Notes under the pieces: generated by a model
Databases searched by the model: none
What the model saw: the letters and a program-made list of their open reading frames with translations, nothing else
Told to the model about the DNA's origin: nothing
Program-made: the position numbers and the translations under genes
In this document: positions 34,253 to 44,960 of the stretch, piece by piece
Position numbering within the stretch: the stretch's first letter is position 1
Layout: the number at the start of each line of letters is the position of its first letter
DNA from: Coriobacteriaceae bacterium
Lineage (GTDB): Bacteria > Bacillota_I > Bacilli_A > RFN20 > CAG-826
Length of the DNA stretch: 61,964 nt
NCBI GenBank assembly: GCA_963612925.1
Contig: CAVDXG010000001.1
Coordinates: 69,824-131,787, forward strand
Direction of reading: 5' to 3'

Positions 34253-34513
34253 TTATTTCATTTTGTCTAAATCAAAGGCGTTTAGAACTTCTTCAGCTTC
34301 TTTATATTCCTCTTCGTCTTCGATTTCTTCTAATGTTTTATTCTTTTCATCATAGGAAAATAGGAAAATGTTATCTTCATCATTTTCTTCGTAGAGGAAA
34401 ACATAGGATTTCCCTCTTTCTTCATTTTCGTAGGTGAAAAGTATTTTCATGACTTTTTCATCACCATTGCTATCAGTGATTATCATTTCATCATCTAGTA
34501 GTTCTTTATTCAT
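34253..34513 (-). CDS. DUF1292 (YrzB-like) acidic protein
   Basis: 86 aa, highly acidic. ITDSNGDE..F.....E..G..YV.L motif. Conserved position after ruvX. Confidence 0.8.
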   Translation of the reverse strand: MNKELLDDEMIITDSNGDEKVMKILFTYENEERGKSYVFLYEENDEDNIFLFSYDEKNKTLEEIEDEEEYKEAEEVLNAFDLDKMK

Positions 34514-34517
34514 TTTT

Positions 34518-34943
34518 TCATCCCTTTCTTTGGCTTAGATAAGATTCAAGTATCACTACTGCGCTCATTTTGTCGATGACTTCTTTTCTTTTTTGACGCG
34601 ATAAATTTGCTTCTAATAATCGGTTATTAGCAATTATTGTTGTCATTCTTTCATCGACTAGCGAAATTTTTAAGTTAGGCATTTCTTTTAGCAAATCTTC
34701 TTTGAAGCGTTCACACGATAGACATCTAGGTGAAACATCTCCTGACATATGAAGTGGATAGCCTAAGGCTATTTCTTCAATATCTTCCTTTTTAATTATT
34801 TCGATAACATGTTCTCTAGCGAGCTTGTAATTACCAAATTCGAAAGTGAAATTTTCATAGCCGTGAGCCGCTAATAAAAGCGAGTCAGTTATGGCAATTC
34901 CTAATGTCTTTGTTCCTAAATCTAAGCCTAATATTTTTTTCAT
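34518..34943 (-). CDS. ruvX: YqgF/RuvX family putative pre-16S rRNA nuclease
   Basis: ILGLDLGTKTLGIA N-terminus (RNase H fold) and DERMTT motif. 4-nt overlap with alaS. Confidence 0.85.
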   Translation of the reverse strand: MKKILGLDLGTKTLGIAITDSLLLAAHGYENFTFEFGNYKLAREHVIEIIKKEDIEEIALGYPLHMSGDVSPRCLSCERFKEDLLKEMPNLKISLVDERMTTIIANNRLLEANLSRQKRKEVIDKMSAVVILESYLSQRKG

Positions 34944-37546
34944 TTTAAGAATTTTTGAATTTCCTCAAAAGCGGACGCTAATTTGCTTTTATCTTTGCCA
35001 TGGCCGTTTGCCATATTTGCTCGGCCGCCTCCTGAACCGTTTAGATAGCTTGAGAGTTGTTTCATGATGGCTCCAGCGTTGTTATTCTCTAACGCCTTTC
35101 CGCTTACAAAGCAAGAAAGGGCTAAATTGTTAGCTTCGCCACTTGCTAAAACTATAATAGAATCTACTGTTCTGCTCTTTAAGACATCGCTAATTTTGTT
35201 GAGCATGTTTATTGAGAATCCTTCGACATATTTTGTCAATAATTTATAGTTAGAGAAGTCAACAAAATCACTCATCAGTGAATTAGCTGTAAGTAAAGAA
35301 ATTGTGTTTGTTAATTTGGCGTTTTCATCATTGATATTCTTCTTTTCAAGAAGAAGTGAATTCACTTTATCAAGAATTTCTACGCTTGATTTCGCTCCTA
35401 CTTTACTAGCGACATTTTCAAGCATTTCTTCTTCTTTTTTAACATAGTTATATGCATTTATTGAAGTCAGCGCTTGAATACGTCTAACGCCAGAGGCAAT
35501 TGACTCTTCCGATTCGATTTTGAAGATGCCGATTTCAGAAGTGTTTGCGACATGGCATCCGCCACAGAATTCAATTGAATCTTTGCCGAAAGCAACAACT
35601 CGAACTTCTTTGCCATATTTTTCGCTGAAGAAGGCTTTTGCTCCTAATTTGTTAGCTTCTTCAATTGGAAGATATTCAATCTTTGATGGAATTGATTTTA
35701 AGATTAAATTATTGACTATTTTTTCAATTTCTTTAAGTTGATCACCACTTATTTTTTCATAATGAGTGAAATCGAAACGCAGATATTCATCGTTTACAAA
35801 GGAACCCATTTGTTTAATATGGTCGCCTAAAACTCTTTCAAGAGCAGTTTGAAGCAAGTGCGTTGCAGAGTGATTTCGCTTGATAAGTTCACGCTTTTTT
35901 TCATCAATCTTAAGATTTAGCGTATCACCAACTTTCAAAGTTCCCTTTTCTAATTTTAAAGTGTGCAGATGCTGTTTATTAGGTGCTTTTATAACATCAA
36001 GAACTTCGGCAAAAGCATTGCTATTTTCAGCTGTTCCAGTGTCAGCGACTTCACCGCCGCTTTCAGCATAAAATATTGTTTTATCAAATATAGCTTGACC
36101 AGCATCGCTTATTTCATCGACGCTTTCACCATCTTTAAATAGAGCAATAACTTTAGCGCTTATTGGCGCATCATTATAATCAAAAGTGCTCTTTAAATCA
36201 CATGAAAGCAAATCTTTGGATTGCTTATGCATGCTTTGTTCATCACTTCGGGCGTTTCTAGCTCTTTCTTTCTGTTCATCCATTTCTTTATTAAAGGCGA
36301 CTTCATCGACTTTTACTCCGTTTTCGGCGCAGATTTCTTTGGTTAAATCAAGAGGAAAGCCGAAGGTATCGTACAATTTAAAAGCATCTTTCCCTGATAA
36401 TTCTTTTTTATCTTTAATCATCTCTTTTAAAATTGCTTCACCGCTAGAAAGTGTTTTGATGAACTTTTCTTCTTCGCTTTTCACTAAAGTGACAATATGT
36501 TTTTCGTTTTTAACTAGTTCAGGATAGAAATCTTTATAATTTTCAATGACTGTTGGAACAAGGGTGTATAAAAATGGCTTTTCAATGCCAATCTTTTTAG
36601 CAAATCTCATCGCTCGACGAACTAATCGGCGAAGGACATAACCCCTTCCTTCGTTAGAAAAGACTTCTCCATCACTTAAGGCAAATGTAATTGCTCGGAT
36701 GTGATCAACAATAACGCGATAAGCGGTTAAATTATTTCCTTCATAAGGAACTTTGGCGATTTTTTCGACCGCTTTTATTAAAGGCATAAATAAATCGGTT
36801 TCAAAGTTTGAAGGAGTTTCTTGTAAAATTGAGGCAATTCGTTCAAGACCGGCTCCGGTGTCGATATTTTTACTTGGCAGTTCCTTGTATTGACTTCGTG
36901 GAACGCCTGGCTGGGCATTATATTGAGAGAAAACAATGCCCCAAATTTCGATATATCGATCGTTTTCTATTTCTTCCTTTAATAATTTAGTGCCTAAATG
37001 TTTTGGATCGTATTTATCTCCACGATCAAAGAAGACTTCGGTGTTTGGGCCAGATGGGCCTTCGCCAATTTCCCAATAGTTGCCTTCAAGTGGTATTAAA
37101 TGATCTTCTTTTACTCCGCATTTAAGCCATAAATCATGAGTCTCATGATCGTCTGGATTATAGGTGAAATAAAGTTTATCTTTATCCATATCGAAATAAT
37201 CTTTGCTTGTAAGTATTTCAAAAGCCCATGGAATGACTTCTTTTCTAAAATAATCACCGATTGAGAAATTGCCGAGCATTTCAAAAAATGTATGATGTCT
37301 AGAAGTATAGCCAACATTATCCATATCATTAGTTCTAATCGACTTTTGAACGTTGGCAATTCGTCTTGATGGAGGCACTTCACTTCCATCCATATATTTT
37401 TTTAAGGCAGCAACACCAGAATTAATCCAAAGAAGTGATGGATCTTTATAAGGAATTAATGATGCTCCTTTTTCGATGTGATGTCCTTTACTTTTAAAGA
37501 AATCTAGCCACATCATTCGAATTTGATTACCTGTAAGTTTTTTCAT
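34940..37546 (-). CDS. alaS: Alanine--tRNA ligase
   Basis: 868 aa. FF..KGH, HHTFFEMLGNFS, editing domain HSATHLL, C-terminal DHHA1-like domain. Confidence 0.95.
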   Translation of the reverse strand: MKKLTGNQIRMMWLDFFKSKGHHIEKGASLIPYKDPSLLWINSGVAALKKYMDGSEVPPSRRIANVQKSIRTNDMDNVGYTSRHHTFFEMLGNFSIGDYFRKEVIPWAFEILTSKDYFDMDKDKLYFTYNPDDHETHDLWLKCGVKEDHLIPLEGNYWEIGEGPSGPNTEVFFDRGDKYDPKHLGTKLLKEEIENDRYIEIWGIVFSQYNAQPGVPRSQYKELPSKNIDTGAGLERIASILQETPSNFETDLFMPLIKAVEKIAKVPYEGNNLTAYRVIVDHIRAITFALSDGEVFSNEGRGYVLRRLVRRAMRFAKKIGIEKPFLYTLVPTVIENYKDFYPELVKNEKHIVTLVKSEEEKFIKTLSSGEAILKEMIKDKKELSGKDAFKLYDTFGFPLDLTKEICAENGVKVDEVAFNKEMDEQKERARNARSDEQSMHKQSKDLLSCDLKSTFDYNDAPISAKVIALFKDGESVDEISDAGQAIFDKTIFYAESGGEVADTGTAENSNAFAEVLDVIKAPNKQHLHTLKLEKGTLKVGDTLNLKIDEKKRELIKRNHSATHLLQTALERVLGDHIKQMGSFVNDEYLRFDFTHYEKISGDQLKEIEKIVNNLILKSIPSKIEYLPIEEANKLGAKAFFSEKYGKEVRVVAFGKDSIEFCGGCHVANTSEIGIFKIESEESIASGVRRIQALTSINAYNYVKKEEEMLENVASKVGAKSSVEILDKVNSLLLEKKNINDENAKLTNTISLLTANSLMSDFVDFSNYKLLTKYVEGFSINMLNKISDVLKSRTVDSIIVLASGEANNLALSCFVSGKALENNNAGAIMKQLSSYLNGSGGGRANMANGHGKDKSKLASAFEEIQKFLK

Positions 37547-37559
37547 AAAAGTTGGCTCC

Positions 37560-37735
37560 TTAATAAGTTAAAAAGTAATAAAAAAGCGTTCGCAAGGAAC
37601 GACTAGGCGCGGTACCATCCTTATTCATTAGAAATGTACTAATGCAACTTAATTAATTCTATAACGCAGAATTGCGATGACTTTCATCATCTCCAAAGGA
37701 GTGGCATAGTTCCTTTATCGGAGCGAGTAAAATAT
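37560..37735 (-). promoter_or_regulatory. T-box riboswitch leader of alaS
   Basis: Minus strand carries AAGGATGGTACCGCGCC (T-box consensus ..GGGTGGTACCGCG, one mismatch), followed by hairpin CGTTC-CTTGC-GAACG plus TTTTTT. A GCA triplet followed by A sits in a plausible specifier position. Upstream lies an extended -10 (TGCTATATT). Confidence 0.8.
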
Positions 37736-37777
37736 AGCATACTTATTTGCAAATTTAAATAATTAAATTTCTCGTCC

Positions 37778-38908
37778 TTATACATCGATGCGAACATTAT
37801 CGCGATATACTTCTTCAATCGTTCCGGAAGCGATGAGCAAACCATCTTTATTGTAAAAGACTGCTTCTTGTCCAGGTGTCACCGCTTTATAGTAGTCGTA
37901 AGACGCTTCAATTGTATCTTCATCAATTATATTGATGATGGCATTATGGTCAGCTTGTCGATAACGGAATTTTACCCCAACTTGTTGAGGAAATTTTTCG
38001 TTTTGATTGATGATATTCAATTTTCTAACGACGCATTTATTGCTCATTAAATATTTATCTACACTTCCTCTAGAGACATACAAGATGTTCTTTTTGGCGT
38101 CTTTTTTTACAATGAACCAGCCAGAAGCAACTTCACCGCTTATTCCTCCGATGCCTAAGCCTTTATGTTGACCAATTGTATAGTAATAAACGCCTTTATG
38201 CTTGCCAATTATTTTGTTAGTTTCAATATCGACAATATTGCCCTCTTTAGCGGGAATATAATTTTGTAAAAATTCGCGAAATCTTCTCTCACCAATAAAG
38301 CAGACGCCGGTGGAGTCTTTTTTGTCTGCAATTTCAAGACCTCGTTTATGAGCTATTTCTCGAACTTTATGCTTATCTATATCACCTAAAGGAAATAAGC
38401 ATTTGGATATTTGATATTCACTTATTTGACTTAAAAAATAGGTTTGATCTTTGTTTTGGTCATAGCATTTTTTTAGATAGTAATGACCACCACTAAATAC
38501 TCGCTTAGCATAATGGCCCATCGCAATCATCTCACAACCATTTTTTAAAGCAAAATCTAAGAAAGAATCAAATTTGATATATTTATTACATAATATATCA
38601 GGATTTGGAGTTCGACCTGATTCGTATTCAGTCAAAAAGAATGAGAAGACATGGTCCCAATATTCTTTTATAAAGTCCACTCGATACAGTTTTATTCCTA
38701 ATTTTTCAGCCACATTTTTGGCGTCTTGATAATCTTTTTCTTGTGGGCACTGCGGATCGGAAATGGTTGGGTTGCCTAAATAATCATTATTGGCCATCGC
38801 ATCCCAATTTCGCATAAAGCAAGCCACTACATCATAGCCTTCTTCTTTGAGTAAATACGCTGCGACTGCGCTATCGACGCCACCGCTAAGCCCGACCATT
38901 ACTTTCAT
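37778..38908 (-). CDS. mnmA: tRNA-specific 2-thiouridylase MnmA
   Basis: PP-loop GLSGGVDS. Catalytic Cys regions (NPDILCN, TGVCFIG). 376 aa. Confidence 0.9.
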   Translation of the reverse strand: MKVMVGLSGGVDSAVAAYLLKEEGYDVVACFMRNWDAMANNDYLGNPTISDPQCPQEKDYQDAKNVAEKLGIKLYRVDFIKEYWDHVFSFFLTEYESGRTPNPDILCNKYIKFDSFLDFALKNGCEMIAMGHYAKRVFSGGHYYLKKCYDQNKDQTYFLSQISEYQISKCLFPLGDIDKHKVREIAHKRGLEIADKKDSTGVCFIGERRFREFLQNYIPAKEGNIVDIETNKIIGKHKGVYYYTIGQHKGLGIGGISGEVASGWFIVKKDAKKNILYVSRGSVDKYLMSNKCVVRKLNIINQNEKFPQQVGVKFRYRQADHNAIINIIDEDTIEASYDYYKAVTPGQEAVFYNKDGLLIASGTIEEVYRDNVRIDV

Positions 38909-39357
38909 TTTAATAATTCCTCACTATCGAGCATTATCGTAAAAGGCCCATCATTGGTTAATGAAACTTTCATATCTGCGCCAAAAACGCCTCTCTCAAG
39001 TTTGATGCCATTTTCAACTATCTTTTTATTGAAATAAGAGTAAAGTTCACTTGCTTTTCCTGGTTCTAAGGAAGCGATAAAAGATGGCCTTCTCCCTTCT
39101 TTTAAAGAAGCATATAAAGTGAATTGTGAAACTGATAAAATGCTCCCTTTTGTATCTAAAATTGATAAATTTGTTTTCCCGTTTTCATCCGGAAAGACTC
39201 GTGCGTGAATGAGCTTATTAACCATTTTATCGACAAGCGAGAAATCGTCTCCCTTACAAAAGCCGATGAAAGCACAAAAACCATGGGATATTTCTCCCAC
39301 GGTTTTGCCATCAATTGTAACTTTGGCATTTAAAACATTTTGAAGCAATATTCTCAT
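38905..39357 (-). CDS. dtd: D-aminoacyl-tRNA deacylase
   Basis: 150 aa. SQFTLYA and NDGPFT motifs. Confidence 0.9.
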   Translation of the reverse strand: MRILLQNVLNAKVTIDGKTVGEISHGFCAFIGFCKGDDFSLVDKMVNKLIHARVFPDENGKTNLSILDTKGSILSVSQFTLYASLKEGRRPSFIASLEPGKASELYSYFNKKIVENGIKLERGVFGADMKVSLTNDGPFTIMLDSEELLK

Positions 39358-40658
39358 TCGTGAATATAGGCGTGAACTGTTGGCGGCACACTTACAAATT
39401 CCTCAACAATGATGAAGGAATTTTCGATATCTTTTAAGATTTCGCTAAATTCATCTTTGTTGGTATGAACTGTGCATAAAACATCACCTTTTTTAACCTT
39501 ATCGCCAACTTTTTTATTTAAAACAATACCGGCTGACATGTCGATAACATCGTCAAATGTTTCTCTTCCAGCTCCTAAGCGCATCGCCGATTCGCCGATT
39601 TCAAGGGCAACGATTCGTTTGACATAGCCCTCTTTACTGGCTTTAACTTCCACAATATGTTTAGCAAGTGGGAATTTTTCAGGATGCTCAATATAACTAA
39701 CATCTCCGCCTTGTTCTTTAACCATTTCTTTTAATTTATTAAAAGCTTCGCCATTGTCGATGACTTTTTGTAACATCGCCATTCCTTCTTCTTCATTTTT
39801 AGCAATCTTAGCCTGTTCTAACATGATTGCACCACTTCTAAGGCAAAGTTCAGTGAAATCTTTAGGCCCGTGTCCGTGAAGAGTTTCAATAGCTTCTTTG
39901 ACTTCTAAGGCGTTACCGACTGCATGGCCTAACGGTTGCTCCATGTCGGTTAAAACTGCTCTTGTATCTCGGCCTAAGGCGTTACCGATGTTGCACATAA
40001 TATGGGCTAATTCTTCGGCGGTTTCAGCATTTTTCATAAATGCCCCATTGCCAAATTTAACATCTAAAAGAATGCAATCGCTGCCAGAGGCTAATTTTTT
40101 TGACATTACTGAGCTAGCGATTAATGGAATGCTTTCGACAGTTCCGGTCACATCTCTAAGGGCGTATAACTTCTTATCGGCTGGGACAAGTTTTGCGGTT
40201 TGACCAATAATTGCACAGCCAATTTTATTAACTTGATTGATGAAATGCTCTTCGCTAACAAATACTTGCATTCCGGGAATTGATTCGAGTTTATCAAGCG
40301 TTCCACCAGTATGACCTAGTCCTCGTCCGCTCATTTTGGCTAATTTTGCTCCACATGCAGCGACCATAGGTCCTAACGCAATACTAGTTTTATCGCCGAC
40401 TCCGCCGGTTGAATGCTTATCAACTTTTACGCCTTTAATCGAACTTAAATCCATCACATCACCGCTATGTTCCATGCGGTCAGTTAATGTGACGATTTCT
40501 CTTTTGCTCATTCCTTTAAAGACAATTGCCATAAGCAATGCGCTAACTTGATAATCTGGAATCTCTCCATCTACATATCCTTTTACCAAAAAGCTGATTT
40601 CTGCGTCAGTGAGTTCATGACCATCGCGCTTTTTGGTAATAATGTCGACCATTCTCAT
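39354..40658 (-). CDS. pdp: Pyrimidine-nucleoside phosphorylase
   Basis: 434 aa. KKRDG..L, DKHSTGGVGD, SGRGLGHTGGTLDKLE motifs. Confidence 0.9.
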   Translation of the reverse strand: MRMVDIITKKRDGHELTDAEISFLVKGYVDGEIPDYQVSALLMAIVFKGMSKREIVTLTDRMEHSGDVMDLSSIKGVKVDKHSTGGVGDKTSIALGPMVAACGAKLAKMSGRGLGHTGGTLDKLESIPGMQVFVSEEHFINQVNKIGCAIIGQTAKLVPADKKLYALRDVTGTVESIPLIASSVMSKKLASGSDCILLDVKFGNGAFMKNAETAEELAHIMCNIGNALGRDTRAVLTDMEQPLGHAVGNALEVKEAIETLHGHGPKDFTELCLRSGAIMLEQAKIAKNEEEGMAMLQKVIDNGEAFNKLKEMVKEQGGDVSYIEHPEKFPLAKHIVEVKASKEGYVKRIVALEIGESAMRLGAGRETFDDVIDMSAGIVLNKKVGDKVKKGDVLCTVHTNKDEFSEILKDIENSFIIVEEFVSVPPTVHAYIHE

Positions 40659-40681
40659 AATTTCTAACTCCTTAAAAAAAG

Positions 40682-40710
40682 ATTATAGCATATGGCTATA
40701 AAACTTTAAA
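40682..40710 (-). promoter_or_regulatory. Predicted extended -10 promoter of pdp-dtd-mnmA
   Basis: Minus strand: TTTAAA (40705-40710), 17 nt, TGC-TATAAT (-10 at 40682-40687). AAGGAG SD precedes the pdp ATG. Confidence 0.5.
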
Positions 40711-42027
40711 ATGCGTCTTCGTGTTTCAAAAGTTCAAATTGAGAAGAATATGCGCTTATCTTATACTTATCTCGTGGATTTTAAAGAACACTTAAAAGAT
40801 TATCTAAATGAAGATGAAATTGAGCAATTATGTGCTTCTTTTGGCCAAAAAGAGCACAAAGGGCTTATTTTAAATGTCGATAAATTATCTCCTGAAATGT
40901 TCGAAAAAATGTTTCCAAATGTTAAAAGGCATCCTGTTGTTGAGAACGCTTATTTATTTGACCCAGACGAATATAGTTTCGGCAAAATGATTTATCACGA
41001 ATTAGGTTGTTATTACATCCAAGATCCAAGTGCTACTTTAGTTAGTTACTTCCTAGATGCTAAAGCAAATATGGAAGTTCTCGATATGTGTGCTGCACCA
41101 GGAGGGAAAACTATTTCCACTTCTTTGCTCAGCGAAGGAAAATTGCTAATTTATTCTAATGACTTATCTTCTTCTCGATGTTCAATTTTGCTCGATAATA
41201 TCGAAAGAATGGGTTTAAAAAATGTTGTTGTTTTAAATGAAGATTTATCAAAAATAAAAAATCTAGAAAATAAGTTTGACGCCATCATTTTAGATGCGCC
41301 ATGTTCGGGTTCAGGAATGTTTAATAAGCTTGAAGCGATGAGAGATGATTGGACGTTTGAGAAAGTTAAAAAAGCTTCGATTATTCAAAAAGAATTGATC
41401 ATGTTAGCCTATTCATTTTTAAAAGAGGGTGGAAGACTAATTTATTCAACTTGTTCCTATTCAAAGCTTGAAGATGAAGATGTTATTAATCATCTTCTCT
41501 CTCATAGCGATGCTAAATTAGTTCCCATAAAAGATTGCCCAGGCTTTTACCGTTCTAAAGTAATGAAAGAAGGGATACATTTGTTTCCACACCTTTTTCC
41601 TGGCGAAGGCCACTTTATTGCTCTAGTAGAAAAACCAGGAGACCTTCTACCTAAAAGAAAAGTGGAAGAATATCACTCCTCCCGAAAAGGATTAGATAAA
41701 GGGAAATCTATAATTGAATATCACTTCTCACTCCCTTTTTCTCCAATTATGAATCTAGAAAAAATATCGATAAGACCTGGCTTATTTACCACATACAAGA
41801 AAAATGGAGAGGAATTTGTTTCTTATCAATATTCTCATGCTTTAAATTCAAATGGTTCATATCCTTTAAATGAAGACGAACTTAAAAAATATCTCCATGG
41901 AGAAACATTATCGACTGATAGCAAAAAGCAATATAAAGTCGTTTCATTTGAGGGAATAAATGTTGGACCTTGTTACACAAAAAAGGGAATAATTAAAAAT
42001 CTTTATCCTAAAAAATTACGACATTAA
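40711..42027 (+). CDS. NOL1/NOP2/Sun-family rRNA m5C methyltransferase (RsmF/RsmB-like)
   Basis: SAM motif DMCAAPGGKT, DAPCSGSGM, catalytic TCS. The C-terminal half resembles the PUA-like domain of RsmF-type enzymes. The true start may be ATG 40750 (MRLSYTYLVDF...). Confidence 0.8.
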   Translation: MRLRVSKVQIEKNMRLSYTYLVDFKEHLKDYLNEDEIEQLCASFGQKEHKGLILNVDKLSPEMFEKMFPNVKRHPVVENAYLFDPDEYSFGKMIYHELGCYYIQDPSATLVSYFLDAKANMEVLDMCAAPGGKTISTSLLSEGKLLIYSNDLSSSRCSILLDNIERMGLKNVVVLNEDLSKIKNLENKFDAIILDAPCSGSGMFNKLEAMRDDWTFEKVKKASIIQKELIMLAYSFLKEGGRLIYSTCSYSKLEDEDVINHLLSHSDAKLVPIKDCPGFYRSKVMKEGIHLFPHLFPGEGHFIALVEKPGDLLPKRKVEEYHSSRKGLDKGKSIIEYHFSLPFSPIMNLEKISIRPGLFTTYKKNGEEFVSYQYSHALNSNGSYPLNEDELKKYLHGETLSTDSKKQYKVVSFEGINVGPCYTKKGIIKNLYPKKLRH

Positions 42028-42858
42028 CGGAAGGTTGTCGGTTTTTATCTCATGAATTTTAATCTTTTTAGATAACTTTTGAGCGAGCACTTCTTTTCGA
42101 TCGAGTCCTCTAAAGCGATTGATAGTTTTATCGATTTCTTCTTTGAGTTTATCTGCTAAATCAACGCTAGTTATATTTTGATAATCCTCAGGGTAAATTG
42201 GATCAAAAAACTTGATATATATTGGATAGCGCTTTAAGAAATGTTTATCTGAAAATAGTCTGAAAGAGCCATATATCGCAACTGGAACGATAATTGTTTT
42301 AGCCATGTAGCCAATTTTTAATGAGCCACCTTTAAATTCTAAGCAATCATTTTCAGGATGCTTATTTCTTGTTCCTTCAGCAAAGATTGTGACATTAGCT
42401 TTTGTTTCATCTTTAATAAGCGAGACAATTTTTTTGATTTCACCTAATTGATTCATGACATTGCCTCTATCTAGGGCAACACCTTCTAAAGCTTGTAAAA
42501 CTCTGCCGACAAATGGCATTTTTAAGGTTTCTTTTTTGGCGGCAAAAGCCACTGGATGCTTCATTATCCCCATATAAATAACTGGATCAGCTTCTGAATG
42601 ATGATTCGATATAAAGAGAACTTTTTCATCAATATTATTGATTTTTTCTAATCCTTCAATGTGAAAATCAACTCGAAAAGCTTTAAGAATTCTTTTCATC
42701 TCTTTTTGGACGACGCTATAACGTTTTGCAAGGGGATATTTTGTTGGCTTTTTTGAGTAGCGGAGCATATATATAAAATGGAAAACAAGCACCGAAAAAC
42801 CAGCTGTCAAGACGATGCGAATGTAACTCAATATTTTTCTCAATTTTATTTTAAACAT
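42016..42858 (-). CDS. plsC: 1-acyl-sn-glycerol-3-phosphate acyltransferase
   Basis: N-terminal TM helix. Acyltransferase motifs NHHSEADP (HX4D) and FAEGTR. Confidence 0.85.
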   Translation of the reverse strand: MFKIKLRKILSYIRIVLTAGFSVLVFHFIYMLRYSKKPTKYPLAKRYSVVQKEMKRILKAFRVDFHIEGLEKINNIDEKVLFISNHHSEADPVIYMGIMKHPVAFAAKKETLKMPFVGRVLQALEGVALDRGNVMNQLGEIKKIVSLIKDETKANVTIFAEGTRNKHPENDCLEFKGGSLKIGYMAKTIIVPVAIYGSFRLFSDKHFLKRYPIYIKFFDPIYPEDYQNITSVDLADKLKEEIDKTINRFRGLDRKEVLAQKLSKKIKIHEIKTDNLPLMS

Positions 42859-42863
42859 TTTTC

Positions 42864-44960
42864 TTAAATCTCATCTTTATTTGCTTCGATAAATACTGAT
42901 AGTTGCTCTTTGGTAATATCGACGCTACTAAATTTTGTTTTTTCGACATTCTTTTTAAAGCCTTTTGGAAAATAGAAATCCGCGACATAGCCAAGTTTGA
43001 TTCTTTTTCCTTTGCTTGTTGGATTTATATAGATATGATACACATTTTCACTCGTCTTTATATCTTTAATTTTAATTTCCAAAATATCGTCATGGTCGAT
43101 ATAATCGACATTTTTATCGATTAAAGTAAGATCATCGACATGGAAGATTGCTAGTTCTTTTCTCGCTTTAATGTAGGCTTTAAAAGCATTGACCATGTCA
43201 TATCTTTCATCTAAAATTGCATAGTTAAATTTATTAAATTTATCGCCTTCATTGTAAGTGTTTGAATGTTTGAATTTACTAAGAGCAATTTCTTGTCCAG
43301 CATGAATGAAGGGTATGCCAAATGAGAGCAATAATAATTTGTTCATTTTTTTGACTAAGCGAATTGGATCAGCTATGTGTGTTGAATTCTTAATTGCATC
43401 AAATACTGTTGCATTATCGTGACATTCAAAATAATTCAGACTTTGTGTAAGGGAAGGAAACAATTTTTCCTTTCCTAACGAAAAGCAAGATCCGGCATAG
43501 ACATATTTAAAATCTTCTTTTAGTGATGTATTGCCTAGCATGTAGCCATTATTGTCTAAAAATGCAGTTCCCCCGCTTCCACGAACAATATTTCGATATC
43601 GATCGTTGAAAAAGGCATAACCTGGAAGTTTATCAGCGTTATACATGTTGGCAAATAAGGAGCCATCGCTAGTTTCAGAGCACATATCCCAACCTTCACC
43701 ATAAAGCATGATGTCATTCTTAATATTTCTTAGTTTTTCCTCAACTAGCTTCATTGTCGGAATATCTAATAGTCCCATTAAATCAAATCTAAAGCCATCG
43801 ACATGGTATTCGTTGACTAAAAATAATAAGGAATCGATGATCAGCTTTCGCGCCATCGCACGTTCGGAAGCTACTTCACTTCCACAGTAGCTGTGATTTA
43901 AAAAGACGCCATTTTTTCGTCGGAAATAATAATTAGGAACAACTTTATTAAATATTGAAGTCTTTCCTTCATAGACATGGTTATAGACGACATCTAAATT
44001 GATGCGAATGCCTGCGCGATGAAATTCGCGTACAACTTTTTTAAATTCAATCATTCTAGAATATGGATTATTTGGATCGCTAGAATAACTACCTTCTAAT
44101 GTAAAATATTGCACAGGATCGTATCCCCAATTGTAATTATTGACAGTGTCGCTTTCATCTTTGGTGTTGAAATCTTGCACCGGCATTAACTGCAAATGGC
44201 TAAATCCGAGCGACACCAAATAGTCAAATCCGGCGGGATTGAGTTTTGCAGTTGTGCGATTTTTTTCGATTAAACCTAAATATTTTCCTTTATTGACTAT
44301 GTTAGAATTATTATCGCTACTCATGTCGCGAACGTTTGCTTCATAAATTATGGCATCAAGATATGAATTAAAAGGAGGCAAAGCTTCATCGAACATCTCC
44401 ATCTCGATTTTTTCTAAATTGATGACATTAGAAAATTTCACATTGTATGAACTTGATTTGCCATATGGGTCGACGACACGAACTTCTTTGCCATCGTTAT
44501 TGACTAAATAGTAATAAGGTGCCCCATCATAATCACCATCGACGATTAAAGAAAAAACGCCATGTTCTTTTCTTTTCATCAGCATTTTCTTCTCGTTTAA
44601 AACGAGGCTAACTTCATTAGCTAATGGAGCCCATAATTTAAATGAAGTGAAATCTTTGGTGTAACTAGCACCTAAATCATCACCTTCATAATAATAAAAT
44701 TCATCGAATCTATCGAAGTCAACTGCCGGTAGAACGCTGATTAATACTTCCCCACATTCTAGACTTTTTAAATACAATCGATGACCTAATAGCTCTCCTG
44801 GATTTTCTAGATGGTAATAAAATTTACTACCTTCACTTTTATATAGATAATAAGCCAACACTTCATCATCTTTATAAAAATCAAAATGTAAATTCGTCTC
44901 TTTATCTAATTCGAGAAAAAAACAATCCCAATTAGTCAATTTTGCTTGAATTATTTTCAT
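42864..44960 (-). CDS. pulA: Type I pullulanase / debranching enzyme (GH13), cytoplasmic
   Basis: YNWGYDP signature and GH13 regions DVVYNHV, GFRFDLMG, YGEGWD, FECHDN. No signal peptide. Confidence 0.85.
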   Translation of the reverse strand: MKIIQAKLTNWDCFFLELDKETNLHFDFYKDDEVLAYYLYKSEGSKFYYHLENPGELLGHRLYLKSLECGEVLISVLPAVDFDRFDEFYYYEGDDLGASYTKDFTSFKLWAPLANEVSLVLNEKKMLMKRKEHGVFSLIVDGDYDGAPYYYLVNNDGKEVRVVDPYGKSSSYNVKFSNVINLEKIEMEMFDEALPPFNSYLDAIIYEANVRDMSSDNNSNIVNKGKYLGLIEKNRTTAKLNPAGFDYLVSLGFSHLQLMPVQDFNTKDESDTVNNYNWGYDPVQYFTLEGSYSSDPNNPYSRMIEFKKVVREFHRAGIRINLDVVYNHVYEGKTSIFNKVVPNYYFRRKNGVFLNHSYCGSEVASERAMARKLIIDSLLFLVNEYHVDGFRFDLMGLLDIPTMKLVEEKLRNIKNDIMLYGEGWDMCSETSDGSLFANMYNADKLPGYAFFNDRYRNIVRGSGGTAFLDNNGYMLGNTSLKEDFKYVYAGSCFSLGKEKLFPSLTQSLNYFECHDNATVFDAIKNSTHIADPIRLVKKMNKLLLLSFGIPFIHAGQEIALSKFKHSNTYNEGDKFNKFNYAILDERYDMVNAFKAYIKARKELAIFHVDDLTLIDKNVDYIDHDDILEIKIKDIKTSENVYHIYINPTSKGKRIKLGYVADFYFPKGFKKNVEKTKFSSVDITKEQLSVFIEANKDEI

